A stretch of 64,000 bases of DNA from Nemertoderma westbladi (lineage: Eukaryota; Animalia; Xenacoelomorpha): the NCBI GenBank assembly GCA_032718475.1, contig JAUCBJ010000486.1, positions 7,610 to 71,609 of the forward strand, written 5' to 3'. The translations under genes were made by a program, and so were the position numbers. This document shows, in pieces, positions 1 through 12,456 of this stretch. The notes under the pieces are model-generated. The model saw only the letters and a list, made by a program, of their open reading frames with translations. It made no database searches and had not been told where the DNA came from. The first letter of the stretch is position 1. Each line of letters begins with the position of its first letter.

Positions 1-430
1 GTGGGTACAGATTTACAAACTTCAACCGAATATATTTAGGAAGTTTGCTGACTGTGGACCCTGTCTCATATTACTGGCATATTTGGCCCTTAAAAGGGCC
101 GTTTGGGTTTAACAAGGTCTATCTTCAAATTAGGAACATATTTGTTATTACAGTATTTTAATGGATATAATAATATAACAATTTAAATGTAATTCCCTTT
201 TTTATTATTTTTTTATTTTTTATTACATATATAATGCCATCCATACATACAATTAAATAAAAATACTGATCATCAAAACAGGTTAATATTGCCAAGTCCC
301 ATTATATCGGAACCTCAACATAAACCAATAGAAAGTTAAATAGATTACAATTGTTTTTTTCGTTTTCGTTTTGTTTTATTTTATTTTTTTTGTTCTTTAT
401 TGTTTAATGGAAATTATGTGAATCAAAACT

Positions 431-1135
431 TCAAAGGATAGCGAGATGCAGTACTTGTTTTAGGGCATAGTAAAACTTAGCCTGAGATTTACTATTGAGA
501 TGGATCCCATCTCTCTGTAATACAGTTGTGGTATCTTCGGGTTCGACTAAGCCCTTTACTGCCAGACTAGAACCGTAATTGGTTTCATTCAGCCAAGAAC
601 GCATTTCTTTGTTTACGGCCAAACGATCGGCAGAATATGAAGCGGAGGTTCGGCATCTTATACGAGGAAATAGTTCAACCCAGAGGATTTTGGAACTAGT
701 GGCATCATGAAAGTTGAATATTTCTGTTTTTAGCGCATTTGTAACATCAGTAACGGAATTGGAACATAAATCGTTCCCCCCCAGAGATACTATTGTGAGG
801 CAAGGCTGCTTGCCAGGCTGTGCAAAACTAGAAATTAGTTCGGGAAATTCTTTTACAGTTGGTAAATATTGTCGTGCTGGAGGATGGTACACGATGCGGC
901 CGGATTTATGAAGACCCAAATCGTCGATATAGGTACCCTGTTCCTTGTTATAATGGAATTTAGCGTTATCGTTATTGCCCATGAATTCCCGTAGCAATCT
1001 TTTTGTGTGCGAGTCGCCAGTAAATAATATTTTTTTGTTTTCAAGCTCTTCCTCTGTGCACTTAATATTTTGTGCATTTACCCACGCTACATTATGACAA
1101 CCCAAATCCCGCTTCCATTCTCGTGAGTGTGGCAT
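431..1135 (-). CDS. SGNH/GDSL-type hydrolase/esterase, single exon (first ATG at 1135; frame open to 1186)
   Basis: Canonical SGNH blocks: ILFTGDSH (catalytic Ser), VSLGGNDL, RDGIHLN (DxxH). Confidence 0.75.
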   Translation of the reverse strand: MPHSREWKRDLGCHNVAWVNAQNIKCTEEELENKKILFTGDSHTKRLLREFMGNNDNAKFHYNKEQGTYIDDLGLHKSGRIVYHPPARQYLPTVKEFPELISSFAQPGKQPCLTIVSLGGNDLCSNSVTDVTNALKTEIFNFHDATSSKILWVELFPRIRCRTSASYSADRLAVNKEMRSWLNETNYGSSLAVKGLVEPEDTTTVLQRDGIHLNSKSQAKFYYALKQVLHLAIL

Positions 1136-1954
1136 GATTCTTATTTGTAGTGGTTCTGTTGTGTTGGAAATAATGTTGTAACACAATTTTAAGTTTGTTC
1201 CTATCGGATAGTATCAGCGAGTGTTATGAAATCATTAATCTGTGATGTTGATCGTTTTCAATACCTTTATAAAGACGGCAGCTCATACCCTCTTCGTTAC
1301 GTAACATTATCCTTTTAACCAATCAGGGAATGCTAATGGCATTCTTATTCATCCAAATGACGCTAGCATCCAATCAAATAATCGTGTGCTTGTTTGATTG
1401 AGATGTGGGGTAGAGCTATGTTTGTTCGCATGTCCGGCTAGTTTGAAAAATTCTGTACCAAAACATTAAGGTTAAGGTTAAGGAGGAAGGTTCGGGTTGC
1501 TGATATTCGAGTGCACGCTGTCCCTGAAACATAATAACATGTACACAATTGTACCTATAAGGGAAATAAATAACTATTCATAAAGTCTATAATAAATTGT
1601 GTCAAAGGTCCGAATAGGGCGAAGTTCCAAAACTGGCCATTTGGGTCTTTTTGGGACATTCTTCCTGTTGCGGAGTTCGGACCATCGTCACATTCGGACC
1701 TTCGTCCTAGATGTGTGGGCCCTTCGTTTACGGTCAAGAACTGTAGTTTATAGTGTGGAAACACCTTTTAGAATAAATAAAACACCAATACAATTCAACC
1801 TTTTGGGACATTCCGTTTATGTGTGGAAATCTTTCTTCGATGGTGTAGGCCTTTCTTCGAGTATTATCATAATGACGTAATTAAATTGGTTTAAATACAT
1901 TAACATTTATAAATTTATAAAGAAAGTCGCGTGCCCAGGTCACCGGGGGAAACA

Positions 1955-2163
1955 TAATAATAATAAGGTTTGTTAGGAGGATCTGTTGCTGGTGCTATTT
2001 GTAGTAGTTTAGTTTCCCAGTAGGTAGCCAGCATTCTGTCTGCCCTGATGAAGGCCTGTTAGTATATTATAATTAATTTTAATTATACATTGGTTGAAAT
2101 ATCGGCAACTCTACCTTTTTTGATCACCAGCAACAGATCCCCTAACAAACCTTATTATTATTA
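1955..2163. mobile_element. Short element with ~40-bp terminal inverted repeats enclosing a hammerhead motif (Penelope-like remnant)
   Basis: 1955-1994 TAATAATAATAAGGTTTGTTAGGAGGATCTGTTGCTGGTG is the reverse complement of 2125-2163 apart from one indel. Confidence 0.6.
2041..2107 (+). ncRNA. Minimal type I hammerhead ribozyme (Penelope-type), probably degenerate
   Basis: TGCC-CTGATGA-AGGCC...GGTT-GAAA-TA-TC-GGCA: stem I TGCC/GGCA, core CUGAUGA and GAAA, UH site, vestigial stem III; loop II expanded by AT-rich sequence. Confidence 0.6.
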
Positions 2164-3083
2164 CATTTATAAATTAATTAGATGCAATAATAGCCTAAAC
2201 GCATTCAATAAAATAACGACAAGGTCAATAACTAGTATGTCACACTTCACCCCCCCCCCCCCCCCCCTTATTTGTGGAAGACAAAGTTTCCATGGGTCAA
2301 AGGCAACAAACATTTTTATTTGTTTATCATCCCATGTCGAAGGTCCGAATGACCAGGACGAAGGTCCGAAATTATCTGGAAATCTTTCTCACAGCTTCAT
2401 GTGAATTGTAACTCATGCAAACATGGTTAATGAAACTCTCTTGCTTGCTTTGCTTTTGCTTATTGTCCAACGTATTAACGAAATTTAATTTTCATTTAAG
2501 TTAAGCCTTCATACCAAGTAGAGCAAGCATAGTCTATGTGATACTGTATTTACTTTATTAAAGATTAGCAAATCTTGCGAGATCTGGAAAGATTCCGTGT
2601 TTAAATCGATATTTTTCACCTACTTTCTCGAAGCAGTTATCTAAAACAGCGCCTAAATATCTAACTTCTTCTATCTTATGGCGTTGCGAATAAATTTAAA
2701 GGAATGCGAACAATTCCGAACGTTAGAGGACGTCCATAAGTTACGTAACAGCAATTTGTAAAATTTTTCACTCCGTCGACCCCCCCCCCCCCCCCCCCAT
2801 ACCCCCTTAAAACTAAAATATGTGCAGTACTTATTATTGACCTATAATAATGTAAGTCTGATTCAGACATCTGGTGCTGGAAATAACTGGAGCAGACACC
2901 TGTTGCAGCGTTAATGCCCCGGCTCTCACACTGCGATGCCCAGTAGGCATATACCATAAAGTTGCTTCTACAAAGGGACTATGAAAGTACTTAATGTGTA
3001 ATGTATTTCAGTTAGCGGTCTGTGTAGCTGTCTGCTTAACATTTACACCCTGTAAAATTAACAAATTGAAGTACTGTAATACA

Positions 3084-6000
3084 CTCTAGCAAATCCTCCC
3101 TAGTAAACTTATAGGCTCTAGCAAGTCCTTCCCAGTAAACATATAGGCTCTAGCAAGTCCTTGCCAGTAAACTTATAGACTCTAGCAAGTCCTTGCCAGT
3201 AAACTTATGCTCTAGCAAGTCCTTGCCAGTAAACTTAGGCTCTAGCAAGTCTTTCCCAGTAAACATATAGGCTCTAGCAAGTCCTTCCCAGTGAACTTAT
3301 ACGTTCTAGCAAGTCCTTCCCAGTAAACATATAGGCTCTAGCAAGTCCTTGCCAGTAAACTTATAGACTCTAGCAAGTCCTTGCCAGTAAACTTATGCTC
3401 TAGCAAGTCCTTGCCAGTAAACTTAGGCTCTAGCAAGTCTTTCCCAGTAAACATATAGGCTCTAGCAAGTCCTTCCCAGTGAACTTATACGTTCTAGCAA
3501 GTCCTTCCCAGTAAACTTATAGCCTCTAGCAAGTCCTTACCAGTAAACTTATAGACTCTAGCAAGTCCTCCCCAGTAAACTTATAGGCTCTAGCAAGTCC
3601 TTGCCAGTAAACTTATAGACTCTAGCAAGTCCTTGCCAGTAAACTTATGCTCTAGCAAGTCCTTGCCAGTAAACTTAGGCTCTAGCAAGTCTTTCCCAGT
3701 AAACATATAGGCTCTAGCAAGTCCTTGCCAGTAAACTTATACGTTCTAGCAAGTCCTTCCCAGTAAACTTAGGCTCTAGCAAGTCCTTGCCAGTAAACGT
3801 ATAGGCTCTAGCAAATCCTTGACATTAAACTTAGGCTCTAGGAAGTCCTTGCCAGTGAACTTATAGGCTCTAGCAAGTCCTTCCCAGTAAACTTATAGGC
3901 TCTAGCAAGTCCTTGCCAGTAAACGTATACGATCTAGCAAGTCCTCCCCAGTAAACTTATAGGCTCTAGGAAGTCCTTGCCAGTGAACTTATAGGCTCTA
4001 GCAAGTCCTTCCCAGTAAACTTATAGGCTCTAGCAAGTCCTTCCCAGTAAACTTATAGGCTCTAGGAAGTCCTTGCCAGTGAACTTATAGGCTCTAGCAA
4101 GTCCTTCCCAGTGAACTTATAGGCTCTAGCAAGTCCTTGCCAGTAAACGTATACGATCTAGCAAGTCCTTACCAGTAAACTTATAGGCTCTAGCAAGTCC
4201 TTGCCAGTAAACGTATACGATCTAGCAAGTCCTTGCCAGTGAACTTATAGGCTCTAGCAAGTCCTTCCCAGTAAACTTATAGGCTCTAGCAAGTCCTTGC
4301 CAGTAAACGTATACGATCTAGCAAGTCCTTACCAGTAAACTTATAGGCTCTAGCAAGTCCTTGCCAGTAAACGTATACGATCTAGCAAGTCCTCCCCAGT
4401 AAACTTATAGGCTCTAGCAAGTCCTTCCCAGTAAACTTATAGGCTCTAGGAAGTCCTTGCCAGTGAACTTATAGGCTCTAGCAAGTCCTTCCCAGTGAAC
4501 TTATAGGCTCTAGCAAGTCCTTGCCAGTAAACGTATACGATCTAGCAAGTCCTTCCCAGTAAACTTATAGGCTCTAGCAAGTCCTTCCCAGTAAACTTAT
4601 AGGCTCTAGGAAGTCCTTGCCAGTGAACTTATAGGCTCTAGCAAGTCCTTCCCAGTGAACTTATAGGCTCTAGCAAGTCCTTGCCAGTAAACGTATACGA
4701 TCTAGCAAGTCCTTGCCAGTGAACTTATAGGCTCTAGCAAGTCCTTCCCAGTAAACTTATAGGCTCTAGCAAGTCCTTGCCAGTAAACGTATACGATCTA
4801 GCAAGTCCTTACCAGTAAACTTATAGGCTCTAGCAAGTCCTTGCCAGTAAACGTATACGATCTAGCAAGTCCTCCCCAGTAAACTTATAGGCTCTAGGAA
4901 GTCCTTGCCAGTGAACTTATAGGCTCTAGCAAGTCCTTCCCAGTAAACTTATAGGCTCTAGCAAGTCCTTCCCAGTAAACTTATAGGCTCTAGGAAGTCC
5001 TTGCCAGTGAACTTATAGGCTCTAGCAAGTCCTTCCCAGTGAACTTATAGGCTCTAGCAAGTCCTTGCCAGTAAACGTATACGATCTAGCAAGTCCTTAC
5101 CAGTAAACTTATAGGCTCTAGCAAGTCCTTGCCAGTAAACGTATACGATCTAGCAAGTCCTCCCCAGTAAACTTATAGGCTCTAGGAAGTCCTTGCCAGT
5201 AAACGTATAGGCTCTAACAAGTCATTGCCAGTAAACTTATAGGCTCTAGCAAGTCCTTGCCAGTAAACTTAGGCTCTAGCAAGTCCTTGCCAGTAAACTA
5301 ATAGGCTCTAGCAAGTCATTGCCAGTAAACTTATAGGCTCTAGCAAGTCCTTCCCAGTAAACTTATAAGCTCTAGCTAGTACTTGCCAGTAAACTTAGGC
5401 TCTAGCAAGTCCTTCCCAGTAAACTTATAGGCTCTAGGAAGTCCTTGCCAGTAAACGTATAGGCTCTAACAAGTCCTTGCCAGTAAACTTAGGCTCTAGC
5501 AAGTCCTTCCCAGTAAACTTATAAGCTCTAGCTAGTACTTGCCAGTAAACTTAGGCTCTAGCAAGTCCTTCCCAGTAAACTTATAGGCTCTAGGAAGTCC
5601 TTGCCAGTAAACGTATAGGCTCTAACAAGTCCTTGCCAGTAAACTTAGGCTCTAGCAAGTCCTTGCCAGTAAACTTATAGGCTCTAGCAAGTCCTTGCCA
5701 GTAAACTTAGGCTCTAGCAAGTCCTTGCCAGTAAACTTATAGGCTCTAGCAAGTCCTTACCATTAAACTTATAGGCTCTAGCAAGTCCTTGCCAGTAAAC
5801 TTAGGCTCTAGCAAGTCCTTCCCAGTAAACTTATAAGCTCTAGCTAGTACTTGCCAGTAAACTTAGGCTCTAGCAAGTCCTTCCCAGTAAACTTATAGGC
5901 TCTAGGAAGTCCTTCCCAGTGAACTTATACGTTCTAGCAAGTCCTTGCCAGTAAACTTATAGACTCTAGCAAGTCCTTGCCAGTAAACTTATAGGCTCTA

Positions 6001-6760
6001 GCTAGTCCTTGCCAGTAAACGTATACGAACTAGCAAGTCCTCCCCAGTAAACTTATAGGCTCTAGGAAGTCCTTGCCAGTAAACGTATAGGCTCTAACAA
6101 GTCCTTGCCAGTAAACTTAGGCTCTAGCAAGTCCTTGCCAGTAAACTTATAGGCTCTAGCAAGTCCTTGCCAGTAAACTTAGGCTCTAGCAAGTCCTTGC
6201 CAGTAAACTTAGGCTCTAGCAAGTCCTTGCCAGTAAACTTATAGGCTCTAGCAAGTCCTTCCCAGTAAACATATAGGCTCTAGCAAGTCCTTGCCAGTAA
6301 ACTTATAGGCTCTAACAAGTCATTGCCAGTAAACTTATAGGCTCTAGCAAGTCCTTGCCAGTAAACTTAGGCTCTAGCAAGTCCTTGCCAGTAAACTTAT
6401 AGGCTCTAGCAAGTCCTTGCCAGTAAACTTAGGCTCTAGCAAGTCCTTCCCAGTAAACTTATAAGCTCTAGCAAGTCCTTGCCAGTAAACTTATAGGCTC
6501 TAGCTAGTCCTTGCCAGTAAACGTATACGATCTAGCAAGTCCTCCCCAGTAAACTTATAGGCTCTAGGAAGTCTTTGCCAGTAAACGTATAGGCTCTAAC
6601 AAGTCATTGCCAGTAAACTTATAGGCTCTAGCAAGTCCTTGCCAGTAAACTTAGGCTCTAGCAAGTCCTTGCCAGTAAACTTATAGGCTCTAGCTAGTAT
6701 ACTTGCCAGTAAACTTAGGATCTAGCAAGTCCTTGCCAGTAAACTTACGTCTCTGCAAGT
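3084..6760. repeat. Tandem satellite, 32-bp unit (30-bp variants), roughly 115 copies
   Basis: Consensus GCTCTAGCAAGTCCTTGCCAGTAAACTTATAG repeated head-to-tail with no spacers. Confidence 0.97.
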
Positions 6761-7090
6761 AAATTTATATACCTGCAAACTAGACTTACATACCTGCAAT
6801 TTATCTTATATCAGTGCAAGTGAACTTAGGTCCCTACAATTAATACAATCTATATACAGTATATGCTTATTATGATACTTCAATAACTTCGAAAATTATC
6901 ACGTAAAATAAACTGTTGTTGGCTCCCTGTAATGGGATAATTCGATATTAGTTAACATAATTGTATAATTTCTTCCTCCTTTTACTACAAATTACCAAAC
7001 ACTGGGGAGGGAGTTTTTATGTATATTTTATTTTTATTACAAAAAATGTCATTTTTATTAAGAACATAATCACAACATTTGAATGAATAT

Positions 7091-7240
7091 TTCCAATTTC
7101 AGTCCCCAGTTACCAATTTCAGTCACCGGTTACCAATTTCAGTAACAAGTTACCAATTTCAGTCCCCGGTTACTAATTTCAGTTTCCAATCTCTATTTAC
7201 CAATTCAATTTCCGGTTACCAATTTCAGTCCCAAGTTACC
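7091..7240. repeat. Short minisatellite, ~20-bp unit, ~7 copies
   Basis: GTTACCAATTTCAGTCNNNN repeated. Confidence 0.85.
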
Positions 7241-8437
7241 CAACCCCAGCTATAGTACAGTATATGGCTGCCCCCGACCCTTCCACCACCAAATACCAAC
7301 CCCCCCCCCCCCCCTCCCCCACCAAAAAAATGTTTCATTTAACATATATTTACAATAACTAATTGTTGTGGAATACTGTATATATTATTATTGATGACTA
7401 CTGATTCGTATGCATGGTTGATAATTTTGCACATAATTTCAAGAAGAATTCACTTTAGTGCAAATAATTATAATTTATATAATGTTCTCTGGTATCTCTG
7501 GTGTGTTCCAAAAGACCTCCACTTCCACCAGCTTAGGGTTATGTGTTACTTCCACAAATAATAATACACAAGTAATATAAATTGGGGGGGTTTATGCGCC
7601 TGTCGATTTATACGAATCGACAGGCGCAACAAAAGTATTTGGAATATTATGCCCATGTATACTTATATATGTAAGCCTTCAAGTATAAACAAAACCGACC
7701 TTAACAAAATCAAGGTAGGCATTTGTTATTTTCCATCAGCAACATGGGCTTTAACTTTTAACTTTACATGACATTAATAATACTGTAATATTCTAGAACA
7801 ATACCACATGGCCAACGCCGTCGGCCATGCGCTCGCACGGCGCAAATGCTCCATTTGCGCTCTCCACCTGGATCAAAATAATCTCTGAATCTTGACCTTG
7901 TTTAGGTAGACTAAAATACTGGCTGACAGATAGCAGGAATCGCAGGATAGGTATACAGTATTGTACAGTAGAATGTCAGTATGTAGTACTGCAGTACTGC
8001 ATGCTGTACATGCAGTAAATTGACGCAGTAGATACCGTTGTACATTAGAGTAGGCTTGTTAACTACGAATTGCTTAATTGAAGTAAGAACTACAGAAAAG
8101 GCAGGAACCCAGTACGGTAGTCAGGTAGTGCTGTAGTGTCTGACGTCTGAGTGTAGTCGTATATAGTCTGATAGTGATTGTGCGTTGTGTGTAACCTTTA
8201 AAAACGCCTACCGGTACTTGATTTGTTTGTATGTTACTGTTACACACTCACTATTCTGCTATTCGCTGATTCTATTCATTGTCACTACACTACAGCACTA
8301 CCGGTACTGTCTGACTGTCAGACGGTACGGTCTCACATGGAAATCCTATTTTTGGCTTATGTTTGCTTACAGTTGCAAACTCGTATTTCACACATTGACC
8401 ATACAGATCTGCCGGTGCAGCAATACTTTGAATTGCA

Positions 8438-9271
8438 ATGGATAATTTGGGTGATCTATCTGCAGAACCTTGTGATCCAAATGTTATTTATAAACTTTAT
8501 GAAGAGATTGGGCAAGGGAATATTCCGAAACTATCTTGGAAACCATTGAAGAAACGCCCTCGTCTAGACGTAAAGGTTCAAGTAAACGATGATGATGGTG
8601 TTGGTAAGGATGGTAAGCCAAAGCCCAATGTTAATAACTATAATATAGGAACCGGTACTACAGATTGTGGAATATCTACCATTCCATCGAATGATAATAT
8701 TAATCTAACAACTCTAGATGATTGCACAAAGACCATTTCTTCGACTGTTGATATGGGAAAGTCAGACACCTCAACTAAAGTTATAAGGTTAGACAAGGGA
8801 GGGCCTAATAGATCGTCATCAATGGCTACTGTTACCTCTGATCCTAAGGCAACGAGGTTATTTGATTACGATGATTTGGAAGAGATTCAGTCGCCGTCTG
8901 CAAAGATTTCAATTCCGACAGTCCCTGAAACCGGAGTAAAGAAGGTCGCCACATTAGATAACGCCCTGCAAGAGATGCAGCGGCATATACTAATGGACAT
9001 GGAACTTGTAAAGTGTTGTAATATTGAGCAGAAAGATTGTAGTTCTATACCTTCAGAGCCAGAACCGGTTGCTGCTGGTATCCATAGCATCAGTGACAAT
9101 ATACCTGATGTAGAAACCACGGAACCCAAAGAACAATCTACAGATTCGAGGTCGCCAAATATGCAGGAGGTAGCTGAGGTCGATAATACTAATAATATTG
9201 ATTCACTACAGGAGGAAATGCCTTCAACCTTAAATGGCGAAATAGCTAAACTGGATAATGAAAAAAACTGA
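8438..9271 (+). CDS. PAGR1: PAXIP1-associated glutamate-rich protein 1 (PA1)-like, uninterrupted ORF
   Basis: Three motifs recalled from PA1 occur in order: P..I.KLYE.I.....L.W....KRP, FDYDD (cf. FDFDD) and KKVATLDNALQEMQRH (cf. KREARLDKVLSDMKRH); the rest is acidic and low-complexity. Confidence 0.7.
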   Translation: MDNLGDLSAEPCDPNVIYKLYEEIGQGNIPKLSWKPLKKRPRLDVKVQVNDDDGVGKDGKPKPNVNNYNIGTGTTDCGISTIPSNDNINLTTLDDCTKTISSTVDMGKSDTSTKVIRLDKGGPNRSSSMATVTSDPKATRLFDYDDLEEIQSPSAKISIPTVPETGVKKVATLDNALQEMQRHILMDMELVKCCNIEQKDCSSIPSEPEPVAAGIHSISDNIPDVETTEPKEQSTDSRSPNMQEVAEVDNTNNIDSLQEEMPSTLNGEIAKLDNEKN

Positions 9272-9915
9272 TTTAACGGATAATATTTTACCTGGTCGTC
9301 CCTTTTGTGCAATAGTTCGGTACCACAGGGTGGGTGGGGACTTGACGCTTTTAAGTCCCATCTCGCCATCTCGGCGAATTAATAATATATAATATCAATG
9401 TTGAAATACAATTAAGGGAAAGGAGCAGGTTACAGTGGCACGCTATTCTCTCCAAAACTATAAACTTTACAGCCAGGGTTTTTTTTCAAAATGTTCACTG
9501 TGTAAAGTTTTTAAAAGGTTAGAAAAAATTTAGAAAAATCGAATTGTGTTTATGAAACAAAATATTTTTCCCAATGACATGAATGAATTGAGAAAGTGAA
9601 AAGTAGGCCATGAAATACTGCTGTATTGCTTGTTTTCTACTTTATTTTTTCATACTGTAAATCCTGCACCTATAATACATCAAACTATTGAACTAATTAG
9701 TCGCACTTCCACTTGGTCCTTCCACTACTAACACCAGCCATTATTTTTCATAAGTTTCCTTGAAAATTGAGAAAGAGATACTCGAATTTTCTCATGTAAT
9801 TCACCATTTGTGATTCCACAAAACAGGTTGAGAAGAAATATGAATAAGTCAAAAATATGAATTCTGGCTGCGGCCGCTAAGCTGCATCAAAAAATTATTT
9901 TTTAATAATATAATC

Positions 9916-11293
9916 TGTTGCCGTTATTCCCGACACCATGGGGGGAAACGCCGATGCTGGAGGCGGAACTTTTCAGACCACGGAATCCCGGCCAGTCACC
10001 GGATATTGGTAGTGGAGAAGGAATACGTTCTTAAATGCAAGATAGCGGTTGAGAAAAGTTTCATTGGTTGGCTATAATCTTTAATGTAACTTCCCTACAT
10101 TTGAACCTTGATTGAGAATAAGTTGGGCTTCCCCAAACCAATATACACCAAATATTCACAATAATATAACACGACAATATAAATCCCTACAGTACATTAT
10201 TTAATTACCCACTGTTCGCTCAGATTTTAACCTAACTAATGTTCCCCAATTTTCCCTCGGTCCTAGTCTCTGTACCATAGTGTCGGTGTCGGTCGACCCT
10301 GTTGCGTGTCCGTCCCACCCTTCCCGAACCCCGAAGGGATCGGTCATCAGGAAAGCGGTACGGCTTGGCTAAGGGTCGGTCCAGTCGGTAGACCCGGTTG
10401 CGTGTCCGTCCCACCCTTCCCGAACCCCAAAGGGATCGGTCATCAGGAAATCGGTACGGCTTGGCTAGGGGTCTGTCGGTTCATCGCAGGGACCCAACCA
10501 CCTAGGCTTTCCGAGTCCTTATTCAGGCTCATAGTCGCTTCAGCAGCCGAGAAGCTGCTCCGAACAGTCGGTAGGCCAGTAGAGTCCAGTCCTTTGTCTT
10601 TCGACCCCGTTGCGTGTCCGTCCCACCCTTCCTGAACCCCAAAGGGATCGGTCATCAGGAAAGCGGTATGGCTTGGCAAGGGGTCTGTCAGCCCGTCGTG
10701 AGCCCCAACGGTTGGTGGTTTTCCGAGTCCTTATTCAGGCTCGTACTAACGCCGGTCGTGGGACCCACTCCAGGAAGGCAGTCCTCGTCGAACCCTTCCT
10801 CCGTTAGTCGGTCGACCCGTTCGCGTGTCCGTCCCACCCTTCCCAAACCCCAAAGGGATCGGTCATCAGGAAAGCAGTACGGCTTGGCTAGGGGTCTGTC
10901 GTCGGTTCCCGTCGCAAATCCCTGACACAAGCAGCAGACTTTCCGAGTCCTTATTCAGGCTCGTAATAACTGCTGTTGGCCAGGGACCGCTAAGGGCAGT
11001 CCTTGTCCTTTAGACCTAGCGAGTTACCAAATCCACCTCTACAGGCAGCAGGAAGTTGGCTAGGCCTAATAGTAATCAGGCAAACCTGAATACTGCTTAA
11101 CTTTGCCTCCCACCCCTGGTCCTTAAATACATGAAATGAGTCCCGTACCCCGTAAGTCGCCCCAATATTCGCCCATAAATCGCCCCCAGTCCATCCCATG
11201 TTCCCGCACCCAGTAGTGATATCGGAATATTCATTTAAAATAAATCCAAAAAATATTCAACTCGCGTTAAGAAAAGTTGAAATACCGCGAACA
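9916..11293 (-). repeat. 3' LTR of outer BEL element (1378 bp)
   Basis: Direct repeat of 33256-34739; holds four copies of an internal ~75-96 bp unit. Confidence 0.95.
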
Positions 11294-11303
11294 GTCCCCC
11301 CCA
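11294..11303 (-). other. Polypurine tract of outer BEL element
   Basis: Minus-strand G7 run followed by AC immediately before the 3' LTR start TGTTCG. Confidence 0.75.
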
Positions 11304-11473
11304 ATGACCTTCGTGAGGTCTATCGGTAGATCGAGTTTGCGTAGGTCATTTCCCATATAAAAAACCCTTTTTTTTAATATTGCATAGTCTTGATTAATTT
11401 GGCCTAGAGTTAGTTTATGTAAATATATAAAAATAAATGTTCGATATAAATGCCCCTGGAATATCCTGGTCCT

Positions 11474-12148
11474 TTATTTCTTACTCTGATACGCCTTTCT
11501 CCTCTTCGCCCGTCTACTTTCATCGATAGCCAGTGCTGGTAGGGGAGCATCAACATCCATCGTGAGCAACGTTTCAGCTTGTCTCCTGGCGGCTCTTCCT
11601 TTCGATGGTAGCGGGATCATATCCGTTCGTCTTTCTAACTCGGTGGTGTGTGCCTCTAGGAACCACTTTCCGTCACCGAACTCTTCCTTATATGAATATA
11701 AACGCCTAAGGATCTCGAATGGGCCGAATAATCCAGCGCTTAGTAACAGATCCACGTAATGGAATGGTAGCGTCGCTGTCGTATGGAGGCGTTCCGGGAA
11801 CGAAAAGTACCCGCACGCCATCTCTTGTGCGATATTTTGAGCGCTTCTCCGCACTTTGGTCTTTACGTGGTTGTTTGCGTAGGTTTCGAACATAACCATA
11901 TTTCCCATAGCGGTAACATCCTTCGTAGGACATTTTATATTACAGCGGGGGCTAGCGGAATGTCCACGGAAACCGCAAGTTGTGCAGAGGTTATAAAGGA
12001 TAGGACAAACTGAAACATCGTGGCCCGATGTCGCGCAATAGGGACAATAAAGTATCCCGAGGAGCTGGAGGCACGAATCGGTAACCCGATTTCTTCTACC
12101 GTGTGAGCACTGCTCCGAACCGCAGTCTCCGCATACCTCCAGTTGCAT
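11474..12148 (-). CDS. Extra Cys/His-rich zinc-knuckle ORF between integrase and 3' LTR
   Basis: 224-aa open ORF with CGDC, CPYCATSGHDVSVC (CX2CX4HX4C), CTTCGFRGH...C and a basic C-terminus (RRAKRRK). Confidence 0.6.
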   Translation of the reverse strand: MQLEVCGDCGSEQCSHGRRNRVTDSCLQLLGILYCPYCATSGHDVSVCPILYNLCTTCGFRGHSASPRCNIKCPTKDVTAMGNMVMFETYANNHVKTKVRRSAQNIAQEMACGYFSFPERLHTTATLPFHYVDLLLSAGLFGPFEILRRLYSYKEEFGDGKWFLEAHTTELERRTDMIPLPSKGRAARRQAETLLTMDVDAPLPALAIDESRRAKRRKAYQSKK

Positions 12149-12456
12149 CTCCCGGCCGAAGAATATCGGAATCGGGACGCCAGCGTAATACTCGAGTCGT
12201 CGGTCGCTTGGGAATATTTGCCATGGCCGGTAGCCCGCGAAAAGCTGGGCTTTGGCGTAGTATGTTCTCGTTTCGATATCCTTCTTTATATCCTGCCGGA
12301 CACATCTCTGGTGACCGTTTCTGGCGGTGGATCCATTCGGTCTGCTCGGCGTACCATCGGGTAAGTCGCATATGGTCCTGTGGAACGGAAGGGGTTGTTG
12401 CCACAGCTGGTCGGCGAAGAGGTGCCGGGCTTTCGACGGAGGGATTCCGAGGAGAT

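Noticed and set aside
3084-6760. 32-bp repeat array as a CRISPR array
   Set aside because: Units are contiguous with no unique spacers, there are no cas genes, and the context is eukaryotic.
10305-10900. LTR repeat units as active hammerhead ribozymes
   Set aside because: CUGAUGA and stem II are present, but GAAA is GAAG and there is no stem I; a k-turn-like fold fits better.
10232-11199. Multiple short ORFs within the LTRs (also 33572-34655, 16599-17270, 29561-30232)
   Set aside because: By-products of repeated LTR sequence with no protein motifs.
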